DNA of 64,000 nucleotides from contig CAVNZM010000007.1 in assembly GCA_963693365.1 (NCBI GenBank), positions 9,793,962 to 9,857,961 of the forward strand, read 5' to 3'. The position numbers and the translations under genes are program-made. This stretch comes from Amoebidium appalachense (lineage: Eukaryota; Protista; Ichthyosporea). Below, piece after piece: positions 27,143-40,900 of the stretch (its first letter is position 1; each line of letters opens with the position of its first letter). The notes beneath the pieces are model-generated. The model did not search any database. It worked only from the letters and a program-made list of their open reading frames with translations, and was not told the origin of the DNA.

Positions 27143-27537
27143 TGCTTGCCTGCCTTCCCACTCATTTTCTCACACCGGAATCATGGCAGGGAAATGCCCC
27201 GTGTCGGTGGCCACGGCAGCCATTGCCATTGTGACGGGCTGCACTGAGAAGGAGATAGTCAAGGTGGCTCACGTCTCAACCACAACGGTGGGTGTGGTGC
27301 ATGGTCGGGGTGTCAATGGATGTGTAGGGTGTTATATTTGACGAGGCTCGGTGGCGACACGTGTGGCTGTGTGATTGATTGGGAAAAGACACTGGGGAAG
27401 CGTTAGGGCATGTTCACTCCATAAAGATGCCATGTCATGGCGGTGTTCTTTTTAGTTGATGTTTTTTTTTGACGCTTCATTGTTGTCATTTTTGTTGGAC
27501 ACGCGCATGCTTTCTCCGCATGTGTGTGTCTGTGTCT

Positions 27538-27590
<53 letters not shown>

Positions 27591-28498
27591 ATCTGTCTGT
27601 GTGGGTGATGATTATGATACTTCTACGCGATGTGTATACGTGTAAGTGGCTGTGTCGGGACCACTCTTGATTTGTGTATGTGTATGTGTGTTTGGGGGGG
27701 GGGGGGGGGGGGGGTTGGAAGTCATCGTAAGGTCATATCGGCAATGCCTTTTTTGAATACAGTCGGCTCTCGCTAACTGTGTGGTGGCTGGGCCTTCAGG
27801 TGCGAACATGCATCCAGCTGCTGAAGGAACATGCCGACAGTCTGATGGAGGGCATATCTGTGCGCCCCCCGGACAAGCCCTTTCATTTCAGGTCGGTGCC
27901 TGCATTGGCACTTCTATCCCCCCTTCCCCCTCTCCTCTCTCCCCGTGGCATCCATACTCTTTGTGTCCTTTGTGCTCTGCACTGTGTTGTCCACCATGGA
28001 CGTGTACTTTGTACTCTGTAACACATTCTACCCACCCCCACCCCCCCCCCCCCCCCCCCACCCACCCACCCACCCACCCATACACACAGAAAGAAACACT
28101 CTCGGCCACGCACCCACTTGCCCTCGCAACCACACACACAGACACACACACACACACACACACACTCTCTCTCTCTCTCTCTCTCTCTCCCCCCCCCCCC
28201 CCCCCCCCCCCCCATCTCTGTCTCTCTCATTCACTCGCTCACCCACTCATTCCAACACTAACTCACTGCTGAGCCACCGACCTTCCTTTCACCCCTTCTT
28301 TGTTTCTCGTCCCCCCCTCAATAGGCCAAATGTGTCTGGTCAAATCTCAAATCTCATTTGACACCATTGCCCTTTCCTTGAAGCATGCAGACGCTGTTTG
28401 CCTCGTGGACAACATCTATTTATCCATCCTTTCCCTCTTTGTGGCTCTATAGGTGTGTGGGCGTGCGAGCGCACCTGTGTGAATGTATGCATCGCCAT

Positions 28499-28533
<35 letters not shown>

Positions 28534-31303
28534 CTTCGGGTAGGTGCAGGCGGATGTATTGGCAGACGGTTGGAGGTGGTTGTACACAAGGGCACATACT
28601 CGCGCACCACATTTTTCAACCCGTTAGCTGTGAGTGGCGCTTAGTGTGGCTATGGAGCTTTGTTTTGTGTAGCAATCGGGTGGGGGCTGACTGAGACCTT
28701 TACACAGCGCACCAACCATCTACCAGAACAGCCTTGACAAGCTGCCCCCACACGGGTACACCATCCCTTCGCCCCTTACCCCCCCCCCCCTCCTCCCCCG
28801 ATTCCATCATTCCGCCAAGACACACTTCCATACACTCTGGCAACGTATTTCCATCCTAGTGCTCTTAGCAGGATCACAGATGTGGATGCTGGCACACACA
28901 TATGACATGGCGTGTGTGGTGGTGTGATGAGGTGAGGTTGCCCTTGACTTCAGTGGGAGGCCAGTCCTTGGGGTACACATGGTTCTGACCCCGGCGCCAC
29001 CACCATTCCCCCTTCACCCACACATCCACAACTAGATTACACATTAACACTGTACACATCTACGATCACGCTTCCCCTCCCTCTTCCCCCCCCACCTCCC
29101 ACACACACACACACACACTCACACCCATTCACTCACTCACTCGTTTTCCTCCCTTCCCCCCTCCCTTGCTCTTTCTTCTCTCTCCCTATCTTCTCTCTCT
29201 CTCTCCCCCCTCCCTCCTCGTATCTTTTCCTCTCTCACCTCCTTTCCCCTCCTCTTCTTCCTTTCCCCTCCCGCCCCACAAAATCATCCTGCAGTCTGCC
29301 TCTACACGATGAAACGTATTCGGAGGACGAGGACAAGCCCGGTATCCCCATACCTGGGGTAGGTTCTCTATATGCGTGCACAGATGCCCATGCGTGTGTT
29401 GGTGGGGGTTAGACACACACATGCGCGGCTGTTTGTTGACGGGTGTACGGACAAGAAAGGCACGAGGCTTGGTCGTCTGCGTTATGTGAATGGCGTTGGG
29501 CTGGATGTAGCAGCGGGCTATATGTACATAGAAGTGTGGAGGCACCCTTCCGCTTTCAATTTTTGTTGTCTCACCGGGGGTGCGGTGGGGGGGGGGGGGG
29601 GGGGGGGGGGAGGGGGGTACGAAGGGGAGGGGTGGGGAGAGAAGGAGGGGGTGGGCAGGGGGGGGGGGGGGGGGGGTGCCGGTTATGCGTATGAGTGCCT
29701 GATCAATCAACTGTGTGGGGGCAGCAACCTATGATGGTGGCCAAAGACAAAGACAAGGGCAACAGCAGCGACAGTGAGGGCTACCAGCTGGACCTGGACC
29801 CAAACAGCGACAGTGATGACGACGATGATCCCCCACCAAAACAGCAGCAGCAACAGAAGCAACCACAGGACCAACAAAACAAGAACACCAACAGTGTGCA
29901 GCAACGGAAAAATAGTGCCGCTGCAGTGGGTACTGCTGCCCCAGCGGGTGGGAAACGGGTGGAGAATGAACAGAAGGTGCCTGAGGTTAAGGCAGGGCCA
30001 GAGGTGGCTGATGCAGGTGCGGCAGCCGGCCAGGCAGCGAGGGAGGAGGGTGCTGTGAGGAAGGGTGAGTGGTGGTGCTCGTGGTGCTTTGTGGTGTGGA
30101 GGGTATGGGTTATGGATGATTTCTTGCAGTTGCAGTGGGAGTGATGGATTGCATGTGGCGTATTACATACTAGAAGTGGTGTCCTATGAGTGCTCGTGGC
30201 CATAAAGATATTCTAGCAAAGGGGGATGGTGCATTTACGGTCGAGGGGCCGGATTGATCGTCTGAAAAAACCTGGCCTGGTTGAGTAACACTGCCGTGTT
30301 TTGATATTGTGATGGTGGGCCAGAACTTCTCGGGGTGATCTGTCAGTACATTCGAAATGAGCCTTTTTATGGTAGATTAGAAACAGGCAAGATGAGTCCA
30401 TGGTCAACCGTAGACGTGCTAAGCATATCGCCGTGCTATGCTGAGCTTTCCCAATTTGCCTGCAGATCCCACACCAGCCTTGCATGCTCTGCGGCCCATC
30501 CACCCACCAGGTAAGCCGTCATGCGTGTGTACATGCTCTGTGTGGCAAAGGGAGGTGGTGGGATAGTGGTGGACCTTGTTCTATCAACATAAAACGTAGA
30601 AACTAGCCGCGGTTGGCAGTTTGTTAACCACTCATGGAAGCTCATCTAGTGTTATGCCAGTCTGAAGAGACCTTGCGGCTGATATTACACCAATCAAAAC
30701 CAGCTTTGATGTGCTGCTAGACCAATCAATGGGTCAACACATTGCATGGCTGAACCGACATGCTGATTTGGAAATGATCGGTGATAGTAATCTAGAAAGT
30801 GGCACTATGCTGAGGTGCATGGGTTTCGAAAGCGGACGTGGGGCGCCCATGTTTCATATCTGGGAGCAAGCAGAGTAACCAAATAGTGAAGAGATGCCAT
30901 TTGTTGCTTCTTCGTTTTCTATCGGATGGAAGTGCAATCAAGCCCGTTGCACTTTGAGGCAAGAGCTAACGGTAGGGTTTGTGCAGGGCCCAGGCTGGGC
31001 TATCTTCCAGGAGTCAACTACACGCCCCAGCTGGGCACCCTGAACTGGCAGCCACCCCGGCACCTGGCCAAGGGGGAGGCTGTGGTGCGCCTGTCCGATT
31101 ATCGGGACCCACCCTGCTACTTTCCCCTCCCAGTGCCCACCGTTATGCTGCACCCCTCGGCCGCTGAGCCCCCCAGCGAGGTGTGTTGCGTGCATGTGTG
31201 CCTGAGGATGGTCTTCGGGTGGGTGGTGGCGGGGCTTGGATAGACCTGGGCCATGGGTGTGTGTGTGTGGTGGTCGTGTGGGTGGGTGGGTGGGTGGTGA
31301 TGA

Positions 31304-31380
<77 letters not shown>

Positions 31381-32481
31381 GTATGTATAGCGGATGTGAG
31401 GATTGCTACTGACGACACATGTGATGCCCACAGCAGTCCCTGCGGGTTCCCCCCTCCCCAACAGCAGTCAGCCAGCCCCGGGGCAGGTCACGGTCACCTG
31501 CCGTGGCTGGCAAGAGAGGCCGCAAGCGCAAAGACGACCAGCCAGTCATGGTCCAGACAAAAACTGCACCGGGCCCAGCCCCGGTACCAACCATGCTCCC
31601 TGGCCAGCCCAACCAGTACTATCCAGGCACCCCTGCCCGGCCCATGCCCGACCAGCCCCCCGGGTCTGGGGGGCCACCAGGGGCGCAGTATGGGCCGCCA
31701 GCCAACCACGGGCTGCACCCGTCGCAGGCCATGGGGCGGCAGCAGGCACCCCCCCAGCAGCAGGTGGCCGGCCAGCCCATGGGCCACGTGCGGGGCCCAG
31801 GGCCCCAGCCCATGGGCGCCACGTCCATGGCCGGCATGACCCAGCAGCTACCCCCCGTTGGCCCCCCACCCGGCCAGGCCCCCCCACCGTCCCCCCCGGG
31901 CATGCGCAAGATGATGCCCATGGCCCAGGGCCCACCCCTCCAGCAGCAGCAGCAGATGCACCCCCCTATGCCCCAGGGCGGCCGTATGCCTGGGCCCCCA
32001 CCCGGCCAACAGCCATACCCCGGGGGCCGCTATCCACCGGAGGAGGGCCAGTACAAGATGCCCCCACAGCAGCGGCAGGCCATGCCCCCCATGATGACCC
32101 AGATGGGCCCAGGAAGGCCCATGGAGGCCCCTCCCCCCCAACAGATGCCCCCGGGATATGCCGGGGGGCCACCGCCGCAGCGCATGGAGGGGGAGTATCC
32201 CCCCCAGCAAGAACGGGTGGCTGGGGGCCCCATGTATGTGCGGTCCGATAGCAGGGCACCGTCTGTTGGGGACCCCCGTGGTGAGCGCATGGGCATGGAG
32301 AGGATGGGCATGGAGCGGCCCATGCAGGAGCGCATGATGGAGAGGATGCAGGACAGGCAGATGATGGACCGCCGTATGCAGTATCCCCAGGTGCGTGTTT
32401 TAATGCTCCCACAGAAAGGGTCATGTCTGTTGCTTGGCAAACGGGGGTTACGTAAGTGTGGGTGGGTGGGTGGGGCGGGCC

Positions 32482-32523
<42 letters not shown>

Positions 32524-32876
32524 GGGGGGGGAAGGGTTAGTTACGAGAAAGAAAGATTAACGATATGGTGTTTGCAGGGCGCACCACCAATGCGTTCCCC
32601 CAGCATGAAACCACCCTTGGACCGTGAGCCAAAGCCCGGTGAGTGCATGTGCTAGTTGGCATGGTTGGAGGCATTATGCATCTCATTATCTGTATGTGTG
32701 TGTGTGTGGACATGTGAGTGTGTGCATGCCTTAGCACCTTTCCCCTTTCTTTCGCTCTCACTCTTTCTCTTTCTCTGTGTGCTTACCCATCTTCAATCCC
32801 CCCCCCCCCCCCCCCCCTCTCCGCGCGCCTTAGCCCAACCCAACCCAATCCATCCACCCCCCTCCACGACTCTCGC

Positions 32877-32912
<36 letters not shown>

Positions 32913-33116
32913 CCCCCCCCCTCGTGTTGCTCTCCCGTTCTCTCTCTCTCTTTCCCCATTTCCCTCCCACCCTCCACTTTCTTTTCTCTTGGCCTCGCCC
33001 CTCTCTCCCTCCCTCCCCCTCTCCCTTTTCCTTTCTCCCTCCCTCCCTCGCTCACCTCTCTCTCGCTCTCCCTCCCTTGTGGCTCCGTCTGGGTGTGTGT
33101 GTGCGTGCGTGCTTGC

Positions 33117-33159
<43 letters not shown>

Positions 33160-33385
33160 CGTGCGTTTGGGTGTGTGTGCGTGTGTGTGTGTGTGCGTGC
33201 GTGCATGTGATTGGGGATTCGCTGTGTGTCTCGTGTGCGCAATGACTTATCCTGTGGGCTGCAGACAACGAAGGCATGCCACCACAGTGGATGATGGACA
33301 GGGCACAACAGCAGCCGGCCCCGTACCCACAAGGTCACACCCTCCCTCCATGTCCCCACACAGCCTCATATTGCACACCACACAG

Positions 33386-33425
<40 letters not shown>

Positions 33426-33981
33426 TGCACAAGCATACACAGCACAACCGGTGTCACTTCACCCACTCATAGATATATACCGATGCAATAGCCAGCCGAC
33501 AGCACATGATATGAATACTGGCACGGAGACATTTGCATGCTTGGCGTTGGGGTGCCTGCAGGAGGCTGCAATGGATTTTTTAGGCTGTTCTTCTCCCAGA
33601 GGGTAGTGTTTAGAAATTGGAGATCTGTGCTGATGAGGTTGTGAAAGGCGAGAGTGTTCATGCATGCAACAGGCCCCTGTGTGGAAGCTTGCAGTGTATG
33701 GAGGGTACTTGCACAACGACTTGTATCAATTTGGCCACCTGTTATAACACCTCTACTGGGGCAGGCGGGTGGGCAGGTGGGCAGGCGCTGGGAGTAGGTT
33801 GGCGGAGAGGGGGGGGGGGGGGGGGGGGGATGAGATGGAAAGCATCTTAGGGCACTGGTGCTGATGGGTGGGATGGGATCTAGGCATGGGACCCCCAGGA
33901 GAAGAGTGGCCCCCCCAGCAGTACTCACAGCCTAGACCCGGCCAGGTAATAAGTGCACACACCAACGATTACAGAGCTTGT

Positions 33982-34022
<41 letters not shown>

Positions 34023-34911
34023 GGCATCGGGATAGGCATGTCTCACCCCTGTTGTCTTTTAGTCTGTTATTCGTGGACATTGTCCAATACACATGCTAGA
34101 GACTTGCACGCAGTGTTGGGACACGACCAGGTTGATGGCACCTTTAGCTCGTGCCGGTCGGAAGGAGGTGTTGGTTGCAGTGTTGTGGGGCTTGGCGGGG
34201 TTGTTGTAGGTGACAGCGGAAGTAGGATGATTTTGTGGGGATAATAATAACATTGTGCAGTGTATGTGGGTGTTGATTTGTGGTTGATTTGTGGGTCAGT
34301 ACTTTGTGGGTGAGTGGTGGTGGTGGGGGAGGGTATATGTTATGTTATGTGTGTGCGTGTGGTAGTGTTTTGATATGTGGATGTGGATGTGGGTGTGTGC
34401 GTGCGTGTGTGTGTGTGCAGAGAGGGAGGAGGATGAAGGGAGGTTTTGTTCTGACACATGTTGTTGTTCACAGCAAATGGCAGCCAAAGGGCCCATGCCT
34501 ATGGCAGCCAAGCCCCCCCTCAGCCCCCAGCAGCAGCAGAGACCCGGGCCACCCCCCAATGCATACCCACAGGTAGGCCCAGGACACCCTGCACATCATG
34601 CTGACACGGCGTAGGCACACATACACACAGGCACTAGGCCCATTGCAGGTCTTGCATGCACGCATGTCTCCGTGTTTGTTCCTGTGTGTGTGTGCTCTAC
34701 ACGGGTTGTGTGTGTGCCTGGGCCTCTGGATTTGGGTGCGGGTGTGGGTGTGGGTGTGGATATGGGTGTCAGGTATTTTGCATGTACATATGTAAACTGT
34801 TGTCAGATAAGGGCAATCTGCATGCGAATGTGAAAAGGGATACAAGGTACACGAATGTCTGTCTCTTGTGGCTGTGTATTGGTGTCAGAAAAATGACCAC
34901 CTTGGTTGTTT

Positions 34912-34970
<59 letters not shown>

Positions 34971-36258
34971 GGGGGGGCTACTATAGATAAGCACATGATA
35001 AGTGTATGTCCAATAAGGACGCATTGTTGTGTGGTCAGGGTCTCACACAAAGAACCCCAGCAGAGACCAGGCCCACCACCAGGGGACAAGATGGGTCAGG
35101 GCTATCCTGGGCCCGGCTACTGGGAGGAAAAGGGCCCTCCCCAACAGTACAACGGCCAAATGCCTCGCCCTCAGGTATGTGGTGGAAAGGAAAAGTTGTG
35201 GGCCCATGTGCTGTGGCTGACAGGTGTATTCTGTCAAGAGGCTGCTGGTTTGCAATGGCAAGGTGTCAAACCGATGAGAGCTTTTTTTGTATTGGCGTAT
35301 TGTAGTGGGAGGCGACGGGGTCTGGGGCGGGGGCACGGGGGGGGGGGGGGGGCGGGGGGCGGGGGGGGGGGATCCATTCGAGAGCTAATATGAGTGTGGT
35401 GCTGCAGGGACCGATGCCCGGTATGATGGAGAGACCATACGACCCTCGTGAGAAGGTGGGTGGCTGGGGTGGGCTTCACAAAGACACGAGTGCAGGGTGT
35501 CTGTGTGTGGTGCTACGTATTGTGGGGCCTGGCTAGAGTGTTTTGTGGGCTGGGCTGGTTTGTGCCAAGTAACATGGGCGGGTGTGTTTTTGTTGGTCCA
35601 CACGTGGACAGGTGGGCATGTATGGCCGGCGGTGGGGGATAGATGGCAAGAAGGTCCCGGGGGGGGGGGGGGGGGGGGGGGGGATTTGTTATCGGGCAGC
35701 AGGTTGTGTGTGTGGGGCCACTTTGGAGGGAAGAGGGTGGGGAGCAGAGAGAGGGGCCATACACCAGCAGGGGGTGTTGGGGGTCTCTCTGCGGAAAGGG
35801 TGAAAGAGAACGAATATGTTGTGTGCGTGCGTGTGTGTGTGTTTTTTGGGGGGGTAAGGGGGGGGGGGTGGGGCGGGGGGGAGTTTATCCGGCCGTAGTT
35901 TGTGTACAGAGGTCTTCCCGGGGGGGGGGAAGGGGGTGTGTGTTTTCGGCAGCAGTGTGTGTGGGAGGCTGTGAGCGGCTAGGCGGGCATGCACTGACCA
36001 GACACACCTACAGCCCCCCCCACCACAGCAGTACCCCTCACAGCCCAAGCCTGTGCCTGGCCCTGCTGACCGCCAGTACCCTCCTGGCTATCCCCAGCCC
36101 TACCCTCACGTATGTGGCCCCACCTGTTTCTTGTTTGTTGCTACTATTTCTACTTGTGGCTGGTCCGGGTACTGCACAGTGGCTTTGGTTGTCGATTTGC
36201 GCTTTGTCCCATATGCAACATTCTAACCCCTCCCCCACCCCCCAGAACACACTCACAC

Positions 36259-36290
<32 letters not shown>

Positions 36291-37406
36291 TCACACTCGC
36301 ACTCGCACTCGCACTTCACTCACTTACTCACTCACTCACTCACTCACTTACTCTCACACTCACACATTCATGTTTGCGGACACGTACATTAGCGCACCAC
36401 ACTGGTGTCCGCCATGCTGATGGGGAAGCTCCTCGCTCTAGTTTTTTGCGCTGTAGCATAAGGTCCTGTTCCTTACGTTGAGCATATGCACAGTGATGGT
36501 TTGCTCCGTCTCAGCGGTGCTCTGCCTGCAGCACTGCTGTGTTTTCTTTCAGCATTAGACAAACAAGAATAGGAGGAAACACCCGAAGTCATACGACTGC
36601 AGGATGTCCGGTGCAGAGAAAAGCTGCATTGTACACCTGTAGAATAACGATTTCAAAATCGGAAAAGATAAATCCTTTTGTTGTGCTGACGGTTGGTGCA
36701 GGAAATGGAACGCAAGGCCATGGAGGAGGACATGAGGGGTGGCCCACCCCCAGGCTGGCCTGCCCAGCAGTACGGCCCACCTGCACAGAAGAAACAGATG
36801 CCTCCCCCCGGCCAGTACCCACCACAGGCCCCCCCACAAGGCCCCCCGGGTATGTTGCCTTCTGTGTGCCTGTATCAAGTGTTGCATGCGGCATACATGC
36901 GAGGCTGTTTGTATGGGTGGGTGGATGGGGATATGAGTGTGCATGTGTGCATGGTTGTATATGGTGCACGCGTATATGCTTGCGTAGGTGTGTGTGTACT
37001 GGCTGCATGCATGACCTCTCACGGGCTCAGCAGTGTGCTTGACTGTTTCCTCTGTTGTTCACGAGTGGCTGTGGTGTTGTGTGTGCTGCATGTAGGGGCT
37101 AGCCAAATAGGCCGTCAAAGCACACTGATAGTGTTGCGCAGCAGGGGACTATCGCTATGCCCAGCAGCCACCCCCCCACGAGGCCGACCGCATGCGCCGG
37201 GACTCGTATGCAAACTACCCACCACAGGGGCCTCCCCAGGGTGCCCAGTACCCACCCCAGCACTATCCCGGTATCCCCCCCCCCCAAAAAAAAAAAAAAA
37301 AAAAAAAAAAATGAAAGAATGAATGAAAAGAAAGAAAGAAAGAAAGAATAAAGGTTGGGCTCTTGTTTTTGCATTTGCATATCTTCCAATTGTGTGGAGC
37401 ATTCTG

Positions 37407-37440
<34 letters not shown>

Positions 37441-37560
37441 ATGACGTGGGCCCCCCTGAGGATGGGCTCTGCTTATTATGCATACTCTTTATCTATAGCT
37501 TGCATTCTGCATCGTGTTATCCGTTTGTTCTTGTGTACTTCGTACTTTTTGACGCATTCA

Positions 37561-37597
<37 letters not shown>

Positions 37598-37874
37598 CCA
37601 AAGTGCCACAAGCACATGGGCACACCCTGCATGATGCTGTGCAAGCACTCTCAAAGCACAGTGCAGCGCAGGCCCAAGGTGGTGTATGCCATCTGGGGGC
37701 CACATCTGCATAGTCTATCCCCCGTGTGCTCTGCTGACTGCTATGTGCCCACTGCAGGCCCCGGTGAACAATACGAGGCTAAGCAACAGGCTCAGTACCC
37801 CCACCAACAACCTTATGCCCAGGGTCCCCCACCAGGGTAGGTTTTCTTTCTTTCTTTCTTTTTTTATTATTTGT

Positions 37875-37924
<50 letters not shown>

Positions 37925-40900
37925 TGATGCAGTTTGTGTTGTGTGTATGTGTTCGTGTGTATGTGTTCGTGTGTGTTTGTGTGTGTGTGTTTTACCAGAC
38001 GTCACAAACCCTATGGAACTCCCCCTCCCCCCCCTCCTCCCCTCTCGCCGTCCCTGTGAACACAGCTTCTCTTGTTCACTCTTTGATTGTAGTACGTTCC
38101 TCCTTTCAATATTGCTAGTTGCATAGCCATTCTCCCTCACCCTTGACCCTGGTTACGGATCTTGTGTTTCTTGCCTTCCTGTAAACTGCTGCATATTCAA
38201 CCAACTCACACCATGCTGTGTTCCATGGGCATTGCGGAGTGGGTGGCACAGGTATCTGCAAGGGCACACAGTGAAAGAACAGTTGAAGCATTCCACATGC
38301 ACCCTGCCACCCGTCGCACCACCTAATGCATGTGCACACCGCGCCACCTCTCCGACATACACACGCTTCTATGTATGGTGCATTGCACGTGCACACAGTG
38401 CCACCTATTACACATGCACACAGTGCCACATTGCACGTGCACACAGTGCCACCTATTACACATGCACACAGTGCCACCTATTACACGTGCACACAGTGCC
38501 ACCTATTACACATGCACAGTGCCACATTGCACGTGCACACAGTGCCACCTATTGCACGTGCACACAGTGCCACCTATTACACGTGCACACAGTGCCACCT
38601 ATTACACGTGCACACAGTGCCACCTATTACACATGCATACAGTGCCACCTATTACACATGCACACAGTGCCACCTATTACACGTGCACACAGTGCCACCT
38701 ATTACACATGCACACAGTGCCACCTATTACACGTGCACACAGTGCCACCTATTACACATGCACACAGTGCCACCTATTACACATGCACACAGTGCCACCT
38801 ATTACACGTGCACACAGTGCCAGATTGCACGTGCACACAGTGCCACCTATTACACGTGCACACAGTGCCACCTATTACACATGCACACAGTGCCACCTAT
38901 TACACGTGCACACAGTGCCACCTATTACACGTGCACACAGTGCCACCTATTACACGTGCACACAGTGCCACCTATTACACGTGCACACAGTGCCACCTAT
39001 TACACATGCACACAGTGCCACCTATTACACGTGCACACAGTGCCACCTATTACACATGCACACAGTGCCACCTATTACACATGCACACAGTGCCACCTAT
39101 TACACATGCACACAGTGCCACCTATTACACGTGCACACAGTGCCACCTATTACACATGCACACAGTGCCACCTATTACACATGCACACAGTGCCACCTAT
39201 TACACGTGCACACAGTGCCACATTGCACGTGCACACAGTGCCACAATGCACGTGCACAGTGCCACCTATTACACGTGCACACAGTGCCACCTATTACACG
39301 TGCACACAGTGCCACCTATTACACATGCACACAGTGCCACATTGCACGTGCACACAGTGCCACATTGCACGTGCACAGTGCCACCTATTACACGTGCACA
39401 CAGTGCCACCTATTACACATGCACACAGTGCCACCTATTACACGTGCACACAGTGCCACCTATTACACGTGCACACAGTGCCACCTATTACACGTGCACA
39501 CAGTGCCACCTATTACACGTGCATACAGTGCCACCTATTACACATGCATACAGTGCCACCTATTACACGTGCACACAGTGCCACCTATTACACATGCACA
39601 CAGTGCCACCTATTACACGTGCACACAGTGCCACCTATTACACGTGCACACAGTGCCACCTATTACACATGCACACAGTGCCACCTATTACACATGCACA
39701 CAGTGCCACCTATTACACGTGCACACAGTGCCACCTATTACACGTGCACACAGTGCCACATTGCACGTGCACACAGTGCCACCTATTACACATGCACACA
39801 GTGCCACCTATTACACGTGCACACAGTGCCACCTATTACACGTGCACACAGTGCCACCTATTACACGTGCACACAGTGCCACCTATTACACGTGCACACA
39901 GTGCCACCTATTACACATGCACACAGTGCCACCTATTACACGTGCACACAGTGCCACCTATTACACATGCACACAGTGCCACCTATTACACATGCACACA
40001 GTGCCACCTATTACACGTGCACACAGTGCCACATTGCACGTGCACACAGTGCCACAATGCACGTGCACAGTGCCACCTATTACACGTGCACACAGTGCCA
40101 CCTATTACACGTGCACACAGTGCCACCTATTACACATGCACACAGTGCCACATTGCACGTGCACACAGTGCCACATTGCACGTGCACAGTGCCACCTATT
40201 ACACGTGCACACAGTGCCACCTATTACACATGCACACAGTGCCACCTATTACACGTGCACACAGTGCCACCTATTACACATGCACACAGTGCCACCTATT
40301 ACACATGCACACAGTGCCACCTATTACACATGCACACAGTGCCACCTATTACACGTGCACACAGTGCCACCTATTACACATGCACACAGTGCCACCTATT
40401 ACACATGCACACAGTGCCACCTATTACACGTGCACACAGTGCCAGATTGCACGTGCACACAGTGCCACCTATTACACGTGCACACAGTGCCACATTGCAC
40501 GTGCACACAGTGCCACCTATTACACATGCACACAGTGCCACCTATTACACGTGCACACAGTGCCACCTATTACACGTGCACACAGTGCCACCTATTACAC
40601 GTGCACACAGTGCCACCTATTACACATGCACACAGTGCCACCTATTACACATGCACACAGTGCCACCTATTACACGTGCACACAGTGCCACCTATTACAC
40701 GTGCACACAGTGCCACATTGCACGTGCACACAGTGCCACCTATTACACATGCACACAGTGCCACCTATTACACGTGCACACAGTGCCACCTATTACACGT
40801 GCACACAGTGCCACCTATTACACGTGCACACAGTGCCACCTATTACACATGCACACAGTGCCACCTATAACACATGCACACAGTGCAACCTATTACACAT

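Noticed and set aside
28924-28988. Box C (GTGATGA) and box D (CTGA) pair suggesting a C/D snoRNA
   Set aside because: The terminal stem is weak and I could not recognise an rRNA or snRNA antisense element; it is plausible by chance.
33628-33670. CTGATGA...GAAA hammerhead-like core
   Set aside because: No stem II can form between the motifs, and there are no supporting stems I or III.
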